From: Octopus vulgaris
Lineage: Eukaryota
Direction of reading: 5' to 3'
Assembly (NCBI GenBank): GCA_951406725.2
Contig: OX597838.1
Span: 7,812,001 to 7,876,000, forward strand
Length of the DNA stretch: 64,000 nt
Shown: positions 1-13,450 of the stretch, in pieces
Position numbering within the stretch: the first letter of the stretch is position 1
Layout of the letters: each line of letters begins with the position of its first letter
Position numbers and translations under genes: made by a program
Notes under the pieces: model-generated
What the model was told of the DNA's origin: nothing
What the model saw: the letters and a program-made list of their open reading frames with translations, nothing else
Database searches by the model: none

Positions 1-855
1 TTCACCTTCTTGTAAAATCCTAACATGATTAGCGTCATTACTTGTGTATTACTATAAAAATAAAATGTTGAACTTTACAGTTTTCATGTTCTTTACTCCT
101 AGTCATGTTCAGTGGTTTGTATACCATACATGAAAACCTAATATGTGTATTGAATAAGAAAAGAAAATACATATAGCGGGTGTGTATTATAACTTTCCAA
201 TTCAAACATGACATTGCAGCCGGAGGTTGAAATCTTACCTTTATGATGATATAATTTTTTTTTAAATATTATTAAAAATTAATTTATAAAACTACATTCA
301 GGTTATATGCATATATTATGAAATATTAATGGATATCTGTCCTGGTTTGGTTTTCATTCACCAACCTGTCCCATTGTATAAATCCAAATACAAAAATACT
401 CTAAAATCCGAATGCAGCACTTCCGGTCGCAGACGTTTTGGTTAAGGAATTCTTAGTCTAAGATTATGTTAACATTTCCCCTATAATAAAGGCCAGTAGC
501 TGATTTTCAAAATGTTGAATCTCTTAAGTATTGTGCCGCCTCATGTCCCAAACTCGTGTTCGTATCAGAGCCGTATTACATCCGATTTTCTTGTGCAATC
601 CTTTCTTTTTGAGTTACATATTCATATGTGCCAATGGTTTCTTTGTCTTTCTATTTTAGTTTCATCTTGAAGAAACCCTTTGTCTCCTGTCCCAAACACT
701 TTGATTCCTTTTCCCCTTCAGTCTTCTTACAATCATGTTTTTTATTCTATGACTAATCTCCTCTGTTCTCCTCCCTCTGTATTCTTCACTTTACTTTTCC
801 ACATTCCAGGTTGCTCTCTCATTCCTTTCTCTCTCTCACTCTCTCCCTCTCTCTG

Positions 856-900
<45 letters not shown>

Positions 901-1805
901 CTCTATCTCTCTATCTCTCTCTCTCTTATTTTATTACTAATGACTGACCAGGACAGTGAGCTGGCCGGAATACTCAGCACGTCGGACAAAATGCTTAGAA
1001 GCATTTCTTCCAGTCTTATGTCCCGAGTTCAAACTCCGCCGATGTCGACTTTGTCCTTCACCTTTTCGGACTCGATAACACAAAGTGCCTACTGAACTGT
1101 AAAGTTGATTAATCAAATCAGCACCTCACCCTCTACCAATTACTCAGGCCTTGTGCCTAAAATTAAAAAAAAGTCACATCAGGAGAATTCCGTCGATTAT
1201 GACGACGAGGGTCCCAGCTGATCCGATCAACGGAACAGCTTGCTCGTGAAATTAACGTCCAAGTGGGTGAGTACTCCACAGACATACACGCACACTCAAA
1301 CATAAACGCACATATGCATCTGCAGGCGCGCGCATACAAGAATATCCACATACAATCACATCCTCACTATATTGCAAATTTTGTTTTTATTTTATTTTAT
1401 TTTATTTTATTTTATTTTATTTTATTTTATTTATTTCTACGAGTGTGTGCATTTCCAAGACATGGACATACACGCGCGCGCGCATTCACATAAAACCATA
1501 GACACAAACAGCTACAGACACATCCACACAAACACACACACACACACACATTCACACACACAAACACGCACATGCACACACACAAACACACAAACACAGA
1601 CACATCCACACAAACACAGACACATCCACACAAACACACAGACACATCCACACACACACAAACACACACACACACACACACACATACACAGGCCCATTCA
1701 CATACACTCAAACACAGACTGACACATTCCTACACACACTCACACACACACAAACACAGAAACACCAGCAGACACATTCACACACACACAAATATACAGA
1801 CACAA

Positions 1806-1914
1806 TCTCTCTCTCACACACACACACACAAACATAGACACACACAAACACACACACACACACACACACAAACATAGACACACACAAACACACACACACA
1901 CACACACAAACATA

Positions 1915-1986
<72 letters not shown>

Positions 1987-3057
1987 TAGACACACACAAA
2001 CACACACACACAAACATAGACACACACAAACACACACACACACACACACAAACATAGACAGACACAAACACACACACACACACACAAACATAGACACACA
2101 CAATCACACACACACACACACACACACACAAACATAGACACACACAAACACACACACACACACACACACACAAACATAGACACACACAAACACACACACA
2201 CACACACACACAAACATAGACACACACAAACACACACACACACACACACACAAACATAGACACACACAAACACACACACACACAAACATAGACACACACA
2301 AACACACACACACACACACACAAACATAGACACACACAAACACACACACACAAACATAGACACACACAAACACACACACACACACACACACAAACATAGA
2401 CACACACAAACACACACACACACACACGCAAACATAGACACACACAAACACACACAAACACACACACACAAACATAGACACACACAAACACACACACACA
2501 AACATAGACACACACAAACACACACACACACACAAACATAGACACACACAAACACACACACACAAACATAGACACACACACACACACACACAAACATAGA
2601 CACACACACACACACACACACAAACATAGACACAAACAAACACACACACACACAAACATAGACACACACAAACACACACAAACACAAACATAGACACACA
2701 CAAACACACACACACACACACAAACATAGACACACACAAACACACACACACAAACATACACACACACAAACACACACACACACACACAAACATAGACACA
2801 CACAAACACACACACACACAAACATAGACACACACAAACACACACACACACAAACATAGACACACACAAACACACACACACACAAACATAGACACACACA
2901 AACACACACACACACACACAAACATAGACACACACAAACACACACACACACACACAAACATAGACACACACAAACACACACACACACACACACAAACATA
3001 GACACACACACACACACACACATAGACACACACAAACACACACACACACACACACAA

Positions 3058-3100
<43 letters not shown>

Positions 3101-3357
3101 TAGACACACACAATCGCACACACACAAACACACACACACACAAACATAGACACACACAAACACACACACACACACACAACATAGACACACACAAACACAC
3201 ATACACACACAAACATAGACACACACAAACACACACACACACACACAAACATAGACACACACAAACACACACACAAACATAGACAGACACAAACACACAC
3301 ACACACACACACACACAAACATAGACACACACAAACACACACACACACACACACATA

Positions 3358-3399
<42 letters not shown>

Positions 3400-3452
3400 T
3401 AGACACACACAAACACACACACACACACACAAACATAGACACACACAAACAC

Positions 3453-3533
<81 letters not shown>

Positions 3534-3535
3534 CC
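1806..3535. repeat. Compound (CA)n minisatellite with recurring unit CAAACATAGACACACACAAAC(AC)n
   Basis: About 1.7 kb of (CA)n punctuated by AAACATAGAC every ~30-42 bp; source of the 484-667 aa Cys/Val ORFs. Confidence 0.95.
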
Positions 3536-3898
3536 CGTATCCTGAGTCTAGCTCCCAATTACTGCTTTCCTTCAATTCCCAAGAAGCACCCCAGACACGA
3601 CTCATAAACATTCCGTAGACCTGATTTACATACACCAAAACCGGCCGAAACCGGCCAAAACTTTCTTCTTGATTTATGTTAAAACTGGTTTGATCTCGAT
3701 TCTCACAGCTACCTACAATGCTACTCCGAAAATAACCAATCAAGTCATCGAAGTCTCAAATCTAAAAGATAATGTAAAATTCTTTTCTACTTTAGGCACA
3801 GGCCAAAATTTTGGGGGAGGGGGCCAGTCAATTAGATCGACCCCAGCAGGCAACTGGTACTTAATTTATCGGCGATTGATATTAATTTAATTAATATA

Positions 3899-4135
3899 AG
3901 GCGGCGAGCTGGCAGAATGGTTAGCAACGCCGGGCGAAATGCGTAGCCGTATTTCGTATGCCGTTACGTTCTGAGTTCAAATTCCGCTGATGTCCACTTT
4001 GCCTTTTTCATCCTTTCCAAGTCGATTAAATAAGTACCAGTTACGCACTGGGGTCGATATAATCGACTTAATCTGTTTGTCTGTCCTTGTTTGTCCTCTC
4101 TGTGTTTAGCCCCTTGTGGGTAGTAAAGAAATAGG
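3899..4135 (+). mobile_element. tRNA-derived SINE, family A, full length
   Basis: Head GGCGGCGAGCTGGCAGAA, B-box GAGTTCAAATTCC, central GCCTTT..CATCCTTT..GTCGATTAAATAAGTACCAG (resembles the conserved Deu/Nin-type SINE domain), tail CCCCTTGTGGGTAGTAAAGAAATAGG. Confidence 0.9.
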
Positions 4136-4444
4136 TACTTAATTTATCGATACCGAGAGGATGAAAGGAAAAGTTAACCTCCGCGGAACTTGAACTCAGC
4201 ATGTAAAGACAGACGAAGTACCTATTTCTTTACTACCCACAAGAGGCTAAACACAGGGAGGACAAACAAGGACAGACAGACGGATTAAGTCGATTATATC
4301 GACCCCAGTGCGTAACTGGTACTTAATTTATCGACCCCGTAAGGATGAAAGGTAAAGTCGATCTCGGTGGAATTTGAACTCAGAACGTAACGGCGGACCA
4401 AAAACCACAAAGCATTTCGCCCGGATGCTAACGTTTCTGCCAGC
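4136..4444 (-). mobile_element. SINE family A, reverse orientation (1.4 tandem copies)
   Basis: Reverse complement of the 3899-4135 element; starts (minus strand) GCTGGCAGAAACGTTAGC. Confidence 0.9.
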
Positions 4445-4940
4445 ATAATCCAATGTTAATTCGAAGCAGTGTGGAATAAATTAGCGTTGTATATGTTAGA
4501 GTAACCTGAAGGCTAGAGCTCTGACCCTCACCCACACAATTTTCTACACTTGCTTTCGCTTTAGGGCTTCGGTCCAGTAGCATTTTCAGCTCTAAATAAC
4601 TGCTGACCCTACAAAAGGCTCAAGTCAAGTCCCCAGAGACGTAATGCATCCGCATCGTGTGAGAATCTACAGTTACACACACTAAATTTTTGGTTCGCAT
4701 GCAGAGAATGGTCATTTGGCTAATTGGCATTCTATCACAAACGGACACGCACTGGCCTCTCGCTCGTACGTGCGCTGTCGCCTCTCGCGCTCACACACGC
4801 ACTTACTGTCCCTCTCTCTTTCTTTCTTTTTCTCTCTTTCTTTCTCCCTCTCTCATAGTTTTTCTTTCTCTTTCAACCACTATGCTTATCTTCCTCTATC
4901 TATATATATATCTATCTATCTATCTATCTATCTGTCTATC

Positions 4941-5032
4941 AGTCTCTTTTGCCGAATCGTTAAGTTACGGAGACGTAAACACACCAGCATCGGTTGTTAA
5001 GCGATGTTGGGGGGACAAACACAAATAAACAA

Positions 5033-5063
<31 letters not shown>

Positions 5064-5212
5064 CATATACACGACGGGTTTCTTTCAGTTTCCGTCTACC
5101 AAATCCACTCACAAGGCTTTGGTTGGCCCCAGGCTATACTAGAAGACACTTGCCCAACGTGCCACGCAGTGGGACTGTACCCGAATCCATGTGGTTGGTA
5201 GCAAGCTACTTT
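4941..5212 (-). mobile_element. tRNA-derived SINE, family B (partial)
   Basis: Shares TTTCAGTTTCCGTCTACCAAATCCACTCACAAGG...GCCACGCAGTGGGACTG with copies at 15363, 25148 and 38989. Confidence 0.85.
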
Positions 5213-5622
5213 ATTTCATAAAAATTTGCCATAAAGGCATTTAACGAGCAAATCTACCCCCAGGACTTATTCTCTGTAAGCCTAGTACCTAATATATTTC
5301 ATGAAAACCATGTTAGATAAAAAAGTGAAGATGACTTCAAGTTGATTTGAACTCGGGACTGAAAGAGTTGAAACAAATGCAACAGAGAATCGCATCCGGC
5401 GCTCTACCGATCTTAGAAATGCATCAAAGAACATTTGAGGAGAAAGGACAGGCGAACTTTAGAGTTTCGGTGAACGTTCTGTAGAATATATTAGATTCGT
5501 TTGGTTGTTGTCGGTAATTTATGGAAATTATATTAGCATCATTATGAAGAGGAGGATGTGGGTAGGAGGAGAAGGAAGGAGAAGACAAGAAAAAGGGTGG
5601 AAGATGCAAGAGAAAATGGAGT

Positions 5623-5689
5623 GGGTGGTGGTAGTGGTGGTGGTGGTGGTGGTGGTGGTGGTGGTGGTGGTGGATTGGTGGTGGTGGTG

Positions 5690-5737
<48 letters not shown>

Positions 5738-5850
5738 TTTGGAGGAGGAGGGGAGGGACAGAAGAAGAAGAAGAAGAAGAAAAAGAAGAAGAAGAAGAAG
5801 AAAAAGAAATGGAGAAGAAGAAGGAGAAGAAGAAGAAGAAGAAGAAGAAG

Positions 5851-5881
<31 letters not shown>

Positions 5882-5911
5882 GTAAGAACAACAACAACAG
5901 CAACAACAACA
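5623..5911. repeat. Compound trinucleotide microsatellite (GGT)n-(AGT)n-(GAA)n-(CAA)n
   Basis: Direct inspection. Confidence 0.95.
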
Positions 5912-6337
5912 AGAGAACGATACCAGTTTTGAGTTTGGCAACCGTTTCTTCTCCGTACTCTGTGATTCTGTTTTACTGTAGTTCTCGGTAGGAGAAGGTT
6001 TTTCAAAGAAGATAATTAAAATATTTTTAATGACGAGAAATTCAATGGAAAAAGACAGGAAATTGTCCTTAAGACGCATAGTCTGGAAGGTCAGTTCAAG
6101 TTAGTAAAACTTATTCCGAAGTTTTCGTTAATTACAACGGACAGGTAATCGCATCCAATTAAAAGAGTTCTTTAGGACTCCGGCTGCAGGCGAGAGCTAA
6201 TTGCAATAACGTAAACTGAACCAAGACGGGGTAGAAATACAATATCAACTTGAAGTATGATTAAATAAGGTTAAACGTACCAACGAGGATTGGCTGGACA
6301 CAAGACGACAGGCAGAAATTGTTACTATTATTAGTAA

Positions 6338-6373
<36 letters not shown>

Positions 6374-6374
6374 G

Positions 6375-7380
6375 AAGGCTGCGAGGTGGTAGCATCCTTA
6401 ACGAGGCGGACGAAATGCTTCGAGGCATTTCTTCTCACTCTACGTTCTGAGTTCAAATTCCACCGAGGCGCACTTGAACTTTTTATCCTTTCGAGGGCGA
6501 TCAAATAGTACTGGTTAATCGATTTCTACCCACCCACCCCAAATTTCAGGTCTTGTGCCAAAAATTGAAATCATTACTATCGTCTGCCGTAATGTTCTGA
6601 GTTCAAATTCCACCGAGGTGCACTTGAATTTTTTTATCCTTTCGAGGGCGATCAAATAGTACGGATTAATCGATTTCAACCCACCCCCCAAATTTCAGGC
6701 CTTGTGCCAAAAATTAAAATCATTACTATCATTGTTTCGTCTCACTATACGTTCTGAGTTCAAATTCCAACGAGGTGCACTTGAATTTTTTTATCCTTTC
6801 GAGGGCGATCAAATAGTACTGGTTAATCGATTTCTACCCACCCCCCAAATTTCAGGCCTTGTGCCAAAAATTGAAATCAGTACTATCATTGTTTTGTGTG
6901 CAGCTACGTTCTGAGTTCAAATTCCAACGAGGCGCACTTGAATTTTTTATCCTTTCGAGGGCGATTAAATAGTACTAGTTAATCGACTTCTCCCTACCCC
7001 CAAAATTTCAGGCCTTGTGCCAAATATTGAAATCATTACTATCAGTGTTTCGTCTGCCGCTACGTTCTGAGTTCAAATTCCACCGAGGTCGTTTTAGCCT
7101 TTCCTCCTTTCAGGGGTCGATAAATTAAGTACCAGTGAAACACTGCGATTTATGTTATCGACGTCTCCCCCCCCAAAAAAAAATTTCAGGCCTTGTGCCA
7201 AAAATTGAAATCATCGTTATCATTATTACGATCACTGTATTCAGAGTTCAAATTCCGCCGAGGTCGTTTTAACTTTCATCCTTTCAGGGTCGATTAAATT
7301 AAGTACCAGTTACGCACTGCGATTTATGTAATCGACTTCATCCCTTCCACCAAATTCCAGTCCAATGCCTACAGTAAGTA
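6375..7380 (+). repeat. Tandem array of ~6 SINE-A-derived units, period ~150-180 bp
   Basis: GTTCTGAGTTCAAATTCC recurs near 6444, 6594, 6751, 6908 and 7064, with a variant near 7240; most units end AAATTTCAGGCCTTGTGCCAAAAATTGAAATCA. Confidence 0.9.
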
Positions 7381-7386
7381 GAAAGG

Positions 7387-7448
<62 letters not shown>

Positions 7449-7511
7449 TATTCATATATATATTCATATATATACATACATATGTAAATATGTATATACA
7501 TACATATATAT

Positions 7512-7738
7512 TGATATACCGGAGTAAACACATAAATGTGAAACAAGGTGGAAAAAAGAGTACTCAAATACCAGGGGTAGAGTAATATGCTTTTATTTAA
7601 AAGCAGTCGAAAATTCAACAAAACCAGTTACGCTGAGTTCACGTTCGACGTCATCCTTCGGACAGTTTTTGTAAAAAAAGAAAAAATGTCCGATAACGGG
7701 AACGTGAAACTTTGAGTAACAGGTTTTGTTGAATTTTC
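7512..7738. mobile_element. Short fold-back insert in (TA)n with degenerate hammerhead-like motif (putative non-autonomous Penelope-like remnant)
   Basis: Inverted arms 7609-7664 / 7687-7738; right arm reads TGT-CCGATA-ACGggaaCGT-GAAA-CTttgAG-TA-ACA; unpaired tail 7512-7608. Confidence 0.6.
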
Positions 7739-7799
7739 TTCTTTTTTTATTTTACTTGATATATATATATATATATATATATATTGTATATATATATAT

Positions 7800-8034
7800 T
7801 AGGTCCCGGGTTGAGTCGGGGTTAACCAGGTAAATAAGGTACTCAATACATAGCCATTAAATTAATTTACTTTCGGTATAGAAGGAGTCTGGCAACTTGT
7901 TGCAAAGAACCTGTTTCATTATAAATATCAGGAAGCTTGGTTTCAAAATGCCAAGACTTTTTTGACAGCAAGCTTCCTGATGATTTCACTTAAATGAAAC
8001 AGTTCTAAGTTAATTATATTAAGCTCCTTCTATA
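7800..8034. mobile_element. Second fold-back insert in (TA)n containing CTGATGA...GAAA
   Basis: Imperfect inverted arms 7877-7939 / 7969-8034; CTGATGA at 7977-7983 and GAAA at 7996-7999; tail 7800-7876. Confidence 0.55.
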
Positions 8035-8544
8035 AAATAAATATATATATATATATATATATATATTATTATTATTATTATTATTACACACGTGCGCATA
8101 CCGTCACGCACATATACAAGTACACATAGATTGTGCATTTTGAGTGTGAATGGAAGTGGCCTGCAGGCATACCTGGGTGAATAGTATTGTGGTTGGTCTA
8201 TCTTTCTGTATACACTTTCTGTGTTTACAACATGTCTACTTACATATTTCTCCTTAGTGTCTGTCTGTTCCTGAGTCAGCCATGTGTCGAATGATATCCA
8301 CGTTTATATGTCTACTAAAATACAAGTTGGCAAGTATACCAGTGATTTGTATCACAAAGGAGTTTGAAGGTGAACGAGTGAGGCAGAGCTGGAGAGAGAT
8401 GAAGAGGAGGGGGACAGAGAGAGAGAGGGAGACAGAGAGAGAAAGAGCGGGTGTGTGAAATTGATGCTAAAGTGAAAGTAAAAAAAAAACTGATTTTGTG
8501 TTGCTGGTTTCAGACATTTTGTCGTCTGAATAGCTTCATGTGTT

Positions 8545-8610
<66 letters not shown>

Positions 8611-8962
8611 TGTGTGTTTGTGTGTGTGTGTATTGTGTAAGTGGTGTATGAGTGCCTGTCTGTGTGTGTGTTTATATGTGTGTGTATATATACACTGTGT
8701 ATGTGGTGTATGCGTGTCTGTCTGTGTTTATGTGTGTGTGCGTGTGTTTATGTGTCCGCGTGTATGTGTGTACGTTTGTATATATGTGTGGAGGGGTGCT
8801 TTGTGTGTGTGTGTGTGTACGTGTTTGCGAGAGAGAGAGAGAGAATATGTATGAGTGGAAGAGTCCGTGAGTGTATGAATGCGTGTACGCCTTTGTGGCT
8901 AAGAAGCTCGTTTCTCTGTTATTTCTGCTACAACTACCACTCCAACCACTTCCACTACTACA

Positions 8963-9033
<71 letters not shown>

Positions 9034-9429
9034 CACTACTACTACTATGAGAAATTACAAGATAAATCGGTGTTTCATTCTCAAGTTCGGAAATTGCCTT
9101 CAACTAAAGTTCTGTGGTAAACAAACAATGGTAAACTTGCTGCCGCGTAACCCTGTAGATTATGGGACACTTAACTGCAGTTTGAAATAGAAAGAACCAT
9201 CTATCTTCTATTTGTTGCTTCTGTTATTCGAATGTAGCCACGCTGGAGCACCGTGTGGAAGGAGATTTTTAGTTGAACAAGTTGAAACCAGTACTTGCGT
9301 TGTTCTTTTTTTTAAGTTTAACTATGATACTTATTACATCGGTTTCTTTACCTGAACTGCTAGGTTACGGAGACATAAGGAAACCCATACTAGTGTTGAT
9401 TGGCCCCGAACAATAGACCACTCACCTGA

Positions 9430-9720
9430 ACAGAGAGTAAAAATAATGCATGAAGAGGTTGGTCGTGTCGGCTTTTCAAGTGCAGGCTTACAAACATAGT
9501 CACGGAGGGGCCCCCAGTCTATCAAAGTGATATCCAGCGTGTCCTCTCGTACACCTTGTTTATCAGAGTATGTGGGTCGGTAAGTGGACTTTGTAGGTCC
9601 CAAAATCTAGGGGGTCAAGCTGTTACGCGGAGACTGGCTTGTGGCCGGTGTGGGATGACCAAACTCGAGCCGTTTCTTGATGTGAACTTGCTTAAAGAAG
9701 TAATCTGACTCCATCATGAA
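9430..9720 (-). pseudogene. Possible degraded Tc1/mariner transposase C-terminal fragment
   Basis: Minus-strand frame reads LDPLDFG, similar to the SPDLNPLDF motif; broken by stops and frameshifts. Confidence 0.35.
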
Positions 9721-9880
9721 TCGACTTCTCCGATCGATATATACATGAGCGTGTGTGTGCACGAGTGCACATGCTATATGCATATATGTGTGTGTGCATT
9801 TATGTATACATTTATGTATGAACATACATAAGTATTTATGCATGGAGTATACATACATACATACATAATATATATATATG

Positions 9881-9915
<35 letters not shown>

Positions 9916-11815
9916 TTATACATATATGTAGGGACATATATGTTTAAATATTTACATATATATATGTATATATATATATATATATTTGTTTATATATATG
10001 CATATGTGTATATATATAGGTACGTACTTATTTTTTGTGTGTTTTGGTGTATGCGTGTGTATGTGTGTGTTATGTATTTGATGCGTGTGTGTTATGTATT
10101 TGATGCGTGTGTGTTGTAGGCGCGTGCTCTGTGTGTGTCTGTGTTGTGTGTGTGTGTTGTGTGTGCATGTGTGTGTGTGTGTGTTTGTGTAATGTTTATG
10201 TGTGTGTCTGTGTTTGCAAATGCAGTCCATCACGAAGCCGTTAGCGACGTTGACAGCACGTTGCTGAAGATCAAACAAAATCATTCGCTCTGACTTTTGT
10301 CACCAAAAAACAGACATAATTTCGTAAAAATTTCTATAATTAGACAAGTGCAGTCATAATTTAATTAAGACAGCCATCATCATCATCATCATCAATGTAT
10401 GGAACGTTGCAGCGTGATCTATGTCCGTCTCTTTGTCTCTCTCTCTCTCTCCCTCTCTCTCTATCTATCTATCTATCTTCCTTCGCTCTATATTTTAACC
10501 TCTTCTCTATGGCTGCGAACTAACAGATCGATTTCCATGCCGAATAAAGTGCGTAAGTGCATTTATTCCGGTTCTTTACTTCCGGTGTTCAATTTCCACC
10601 GAGGTCGACATTGCCACTCATCTTTTTGGGGTCAGTAACCTAAGTACCACAGTAATATATGTACCACGGTAATATAAATACCAAATTAATATGAGTACCA
10701 GAGGTTAGCATGCAGGGCGAAGTGCTTAGTCTGTTTTTTCGTTCTGAGTTCAAATTCCGCCGAGGTCGATTTTGTCTTTCATCCTTTCGGGGCCGATAAA
10801 GTAAGTACCAGTTGCGCACTGAGGTCGATCTAATCGACTGGCCCCCTCCGCCAAACTTTCGGGCCTTGTGCTTAAAGTAGAAAATAATATGAATACCAGA
10901 GTAATATAAGTACCCCCTGGGGCCGATATAATCCATAAACACGTTCACCCAAAACTGCTGGTCTTGTGTCAGAATGAGAAAGAATTATGAAGGCGGCAAG
11001 CTGACAGAATTTTTGGCTTTAGCTTATAAGTTTATTTATTGGTATTTTTCTATGTACCTATGTATGCGTGTGTGTGCGTGTGCGTACTACGTACATGTGT
11101 GTTTGTGTGCGTGCGTGGATACATACGTGTTTGTATGCTTGTGCGAGTCCGTGTGTGTGTGTGTGTACGAGAGTACGTATTATGTGTGTGTGTGTGCGAG
11201 CGTACATACGTTTGTGAGTGTGTGCGTGCGTGTGGACGTACGTATGTGTGTATGTTTATGTGCGTGTGTGTGAGCGTGGATGCGTACGTACGTATGTGCA
11301 TGTATGTATGTGTGTGTGTGCCTGCGTACGTACGTGTGTGGGCGTATGTGTGTGTGTGTGTGTGTGTGTGAATGAAGTCAACCACGGAGGTCGAATTTGC
11401 CGTCCACCCTTTCAGGGTCACTTACATAATTACCATTGAAGTATTGAGCACTTCACTATAATATCTAAGCCCCCACCATCAACATTGCCGGCCTGGTGCC
11501 AAAACTAAAAGGAATCGTAAAGATGGCAATCGAGCAGAATGGTGAACACACTGGACGAAACTGCTTTGCGACCTTTCTTCAGCCGAGGTCCACTTTGCGA
11601 TTCATATTTTCGGTGTCGATAAAACAAGCACCAGCGGAGCACTCAGGTTGATCTCATCGACCTACCCCTTTCCCCCGAATTTGCTAGCACTGTGCCAAAA
11701 CTTAAAAGCAATGTTATGAGTACGAGACGAAAACATTTGATGGCGATGTCCCAGTACATATGTATAATGCAAGAACTAACACTCGTAGAATAATAATAAA
11801 CACAAACTACAACTT

Positions 11816-11863
<48 letters not shown>

Positions 11864-12090
11864 TTCTCTTTCTCACTGACTTCATCAATATTAAAGTCAA
11901 TAATACAAAACTGTAGAAAAATAAATTAGCATAAGCAATTCGTTTGCGAAAAGCCTGGCATGAATACAATTGAAATTAATCCAATGACGATGTTACAAAC
12001 CGTTTACTCAGCTTGCTAGAAATATGAACGAAGCCTGGTTCGAATCACACACGTTATCGTCTTTTTAAAAACTGACGCTAGTACGTACAG

Positions 12091-12319
12091 GGCGAGCTGG
12101 CAGAAACGTTAGCACGCCGGGCGAAATGCTTAGCAGTATTTCGTCTGCGTTACGTTGTGAGTTCAAATTCCGCCGAGGTCGACTTTGCCTTTCATCCTTT
12201 CGGGGTCGATAAATTAAGTACCAGTTACGCACTGGGGTCGATGTAATCGACTTAATACCTATGTCTGTCCTTGTTTGTCCCCTCTGTGTTAAGCCCCTTG
12301 TGGGTAATAAAGAAATAGG
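12091..12319 (+). mobile_element. SINE family A, near full length, young
   Basis: Near-identical to copies at 17271 and 29592. Confidence 0.92.
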
Positions 12320-12833
12320 TATTGTAGTCGCCAAGTAATGCAGTTATTTCCTTGTAATGAATGGACATCTCTATCTAAGGAGCACGCTTTTATGCGGCCT
12401 CACGCTTTTTCTTGATTGCTGCTTCTTTATATAGGATTCAAATTCCGGAATAAGGCGATGAATTTTAGGGGGAGAGTGTAAGCTGATTAAATCGACCTCA
12501 GTGTTCAGCTGGTACTTATTTTATTGACTCTGAAAGGATAAAACTCAGAAGGAATTGCCGCAAATCATTTTACCGGGCGCGCTAAAGTTTCTGCGATCAC
12601 GCCGCCTTATTCGGATGAAATAGCTAAAGACATTTTATCCACCGCTCTAACTACTCTGCAAATTTGCTTCTTTCTAGTACGAACAACAACAGCGATGATG
12701 AAGGATACAATGAGAACTGTCAATAACTGAAGATTAAATATTCTCCCCTTAAAACTCGAACCCTTAACACTGCGAATAAAACTGGGCGGTTTCGTAGTAG
12801 CCAGGGCCCAACAATCTATATTATTACAAACAA

Positions 12834-13450
12834 AACAAGAGCACTCAGAGAGTGCAAACCCCCACCAAGGCGACACCACCGTTCTCTCAACTGAGATCAA
12901 ATATATTCCAACCGTGACCATCCTGTATTTTGTATGTCAAATCTTCAATTTTACCGATGTGCCGTTTTTCCAAAGAAGATATTGCACGATTTGTGAGAGA
13001 TTTGGCTGCTATATCTTGCAGACAATCGAACTGCCTATAGGCATTTGCTGTTTATGCTGTTGTTGTTGTTGTTGTTGCCTTGCTGCTGCTATATTTATTA
13101 TCTCCTCCTTCGTTAAGGCGTAGGTATTGTTTTTAGTCGATTAGCCGGAGATGTTTTTAAAATGAGAATATCTGAAATAATATCGACTGCTCTCACAAAT
13201 GAGAATACTAAAAATGAACCAGACCGCTCTCAAAAATAAAGTGAAAAAAGGGAAAAAATAGTCCAGAAATTTTTTCCTGTACCGAACCAATCCCAAAATC
13301 TAATCGGTTTGTGCCATTCACGAGGCCAAACATCTTTGAAAGTTTCATCCGAATCGATCCAGCGGTTCTTGAGATATCTTGTCCACGGAAAAACAAACTA
13401 ACAAAAACGACTAAAAACAATACCTACGCCTTAACGAAGGTGAAGATAAT
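12834..13450 (-). mobile_element. Non-autonomous Helentron/DINE-1-like element, interrupted by an inverted duplication
   Basis: One terminus AACAAGA-GCACTC-aga-GAGTGC hairpin followed by ACCCCCACCAAGG; other terminus ACCTACGCCTTAACGAAGGTGAAGATAAT; internal AAGTTTCATCCGAATCGATCCAGCGGTTCTTGAGATAT motif recognised as DINE-like. Confidence 0.6.

Noticed and set aside
370-455. Possible pogo/Tigger-type transposon end
   Set aside because: Only vague similarity; no partner terminal repeat in the window
1740-3743. 667, 572 and 484 aa Cys/Val-rich ORFs
   Set aside because: Stop-free translation of a (TG)n minisatellite, open in all three frames; not a gene
6441-7330. Regularly spaced repeats resembling a CRISPR array
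   Set aside because: Whole units repeat with no unique spacers; SINE-derived; eukaryotic context with no cas genes
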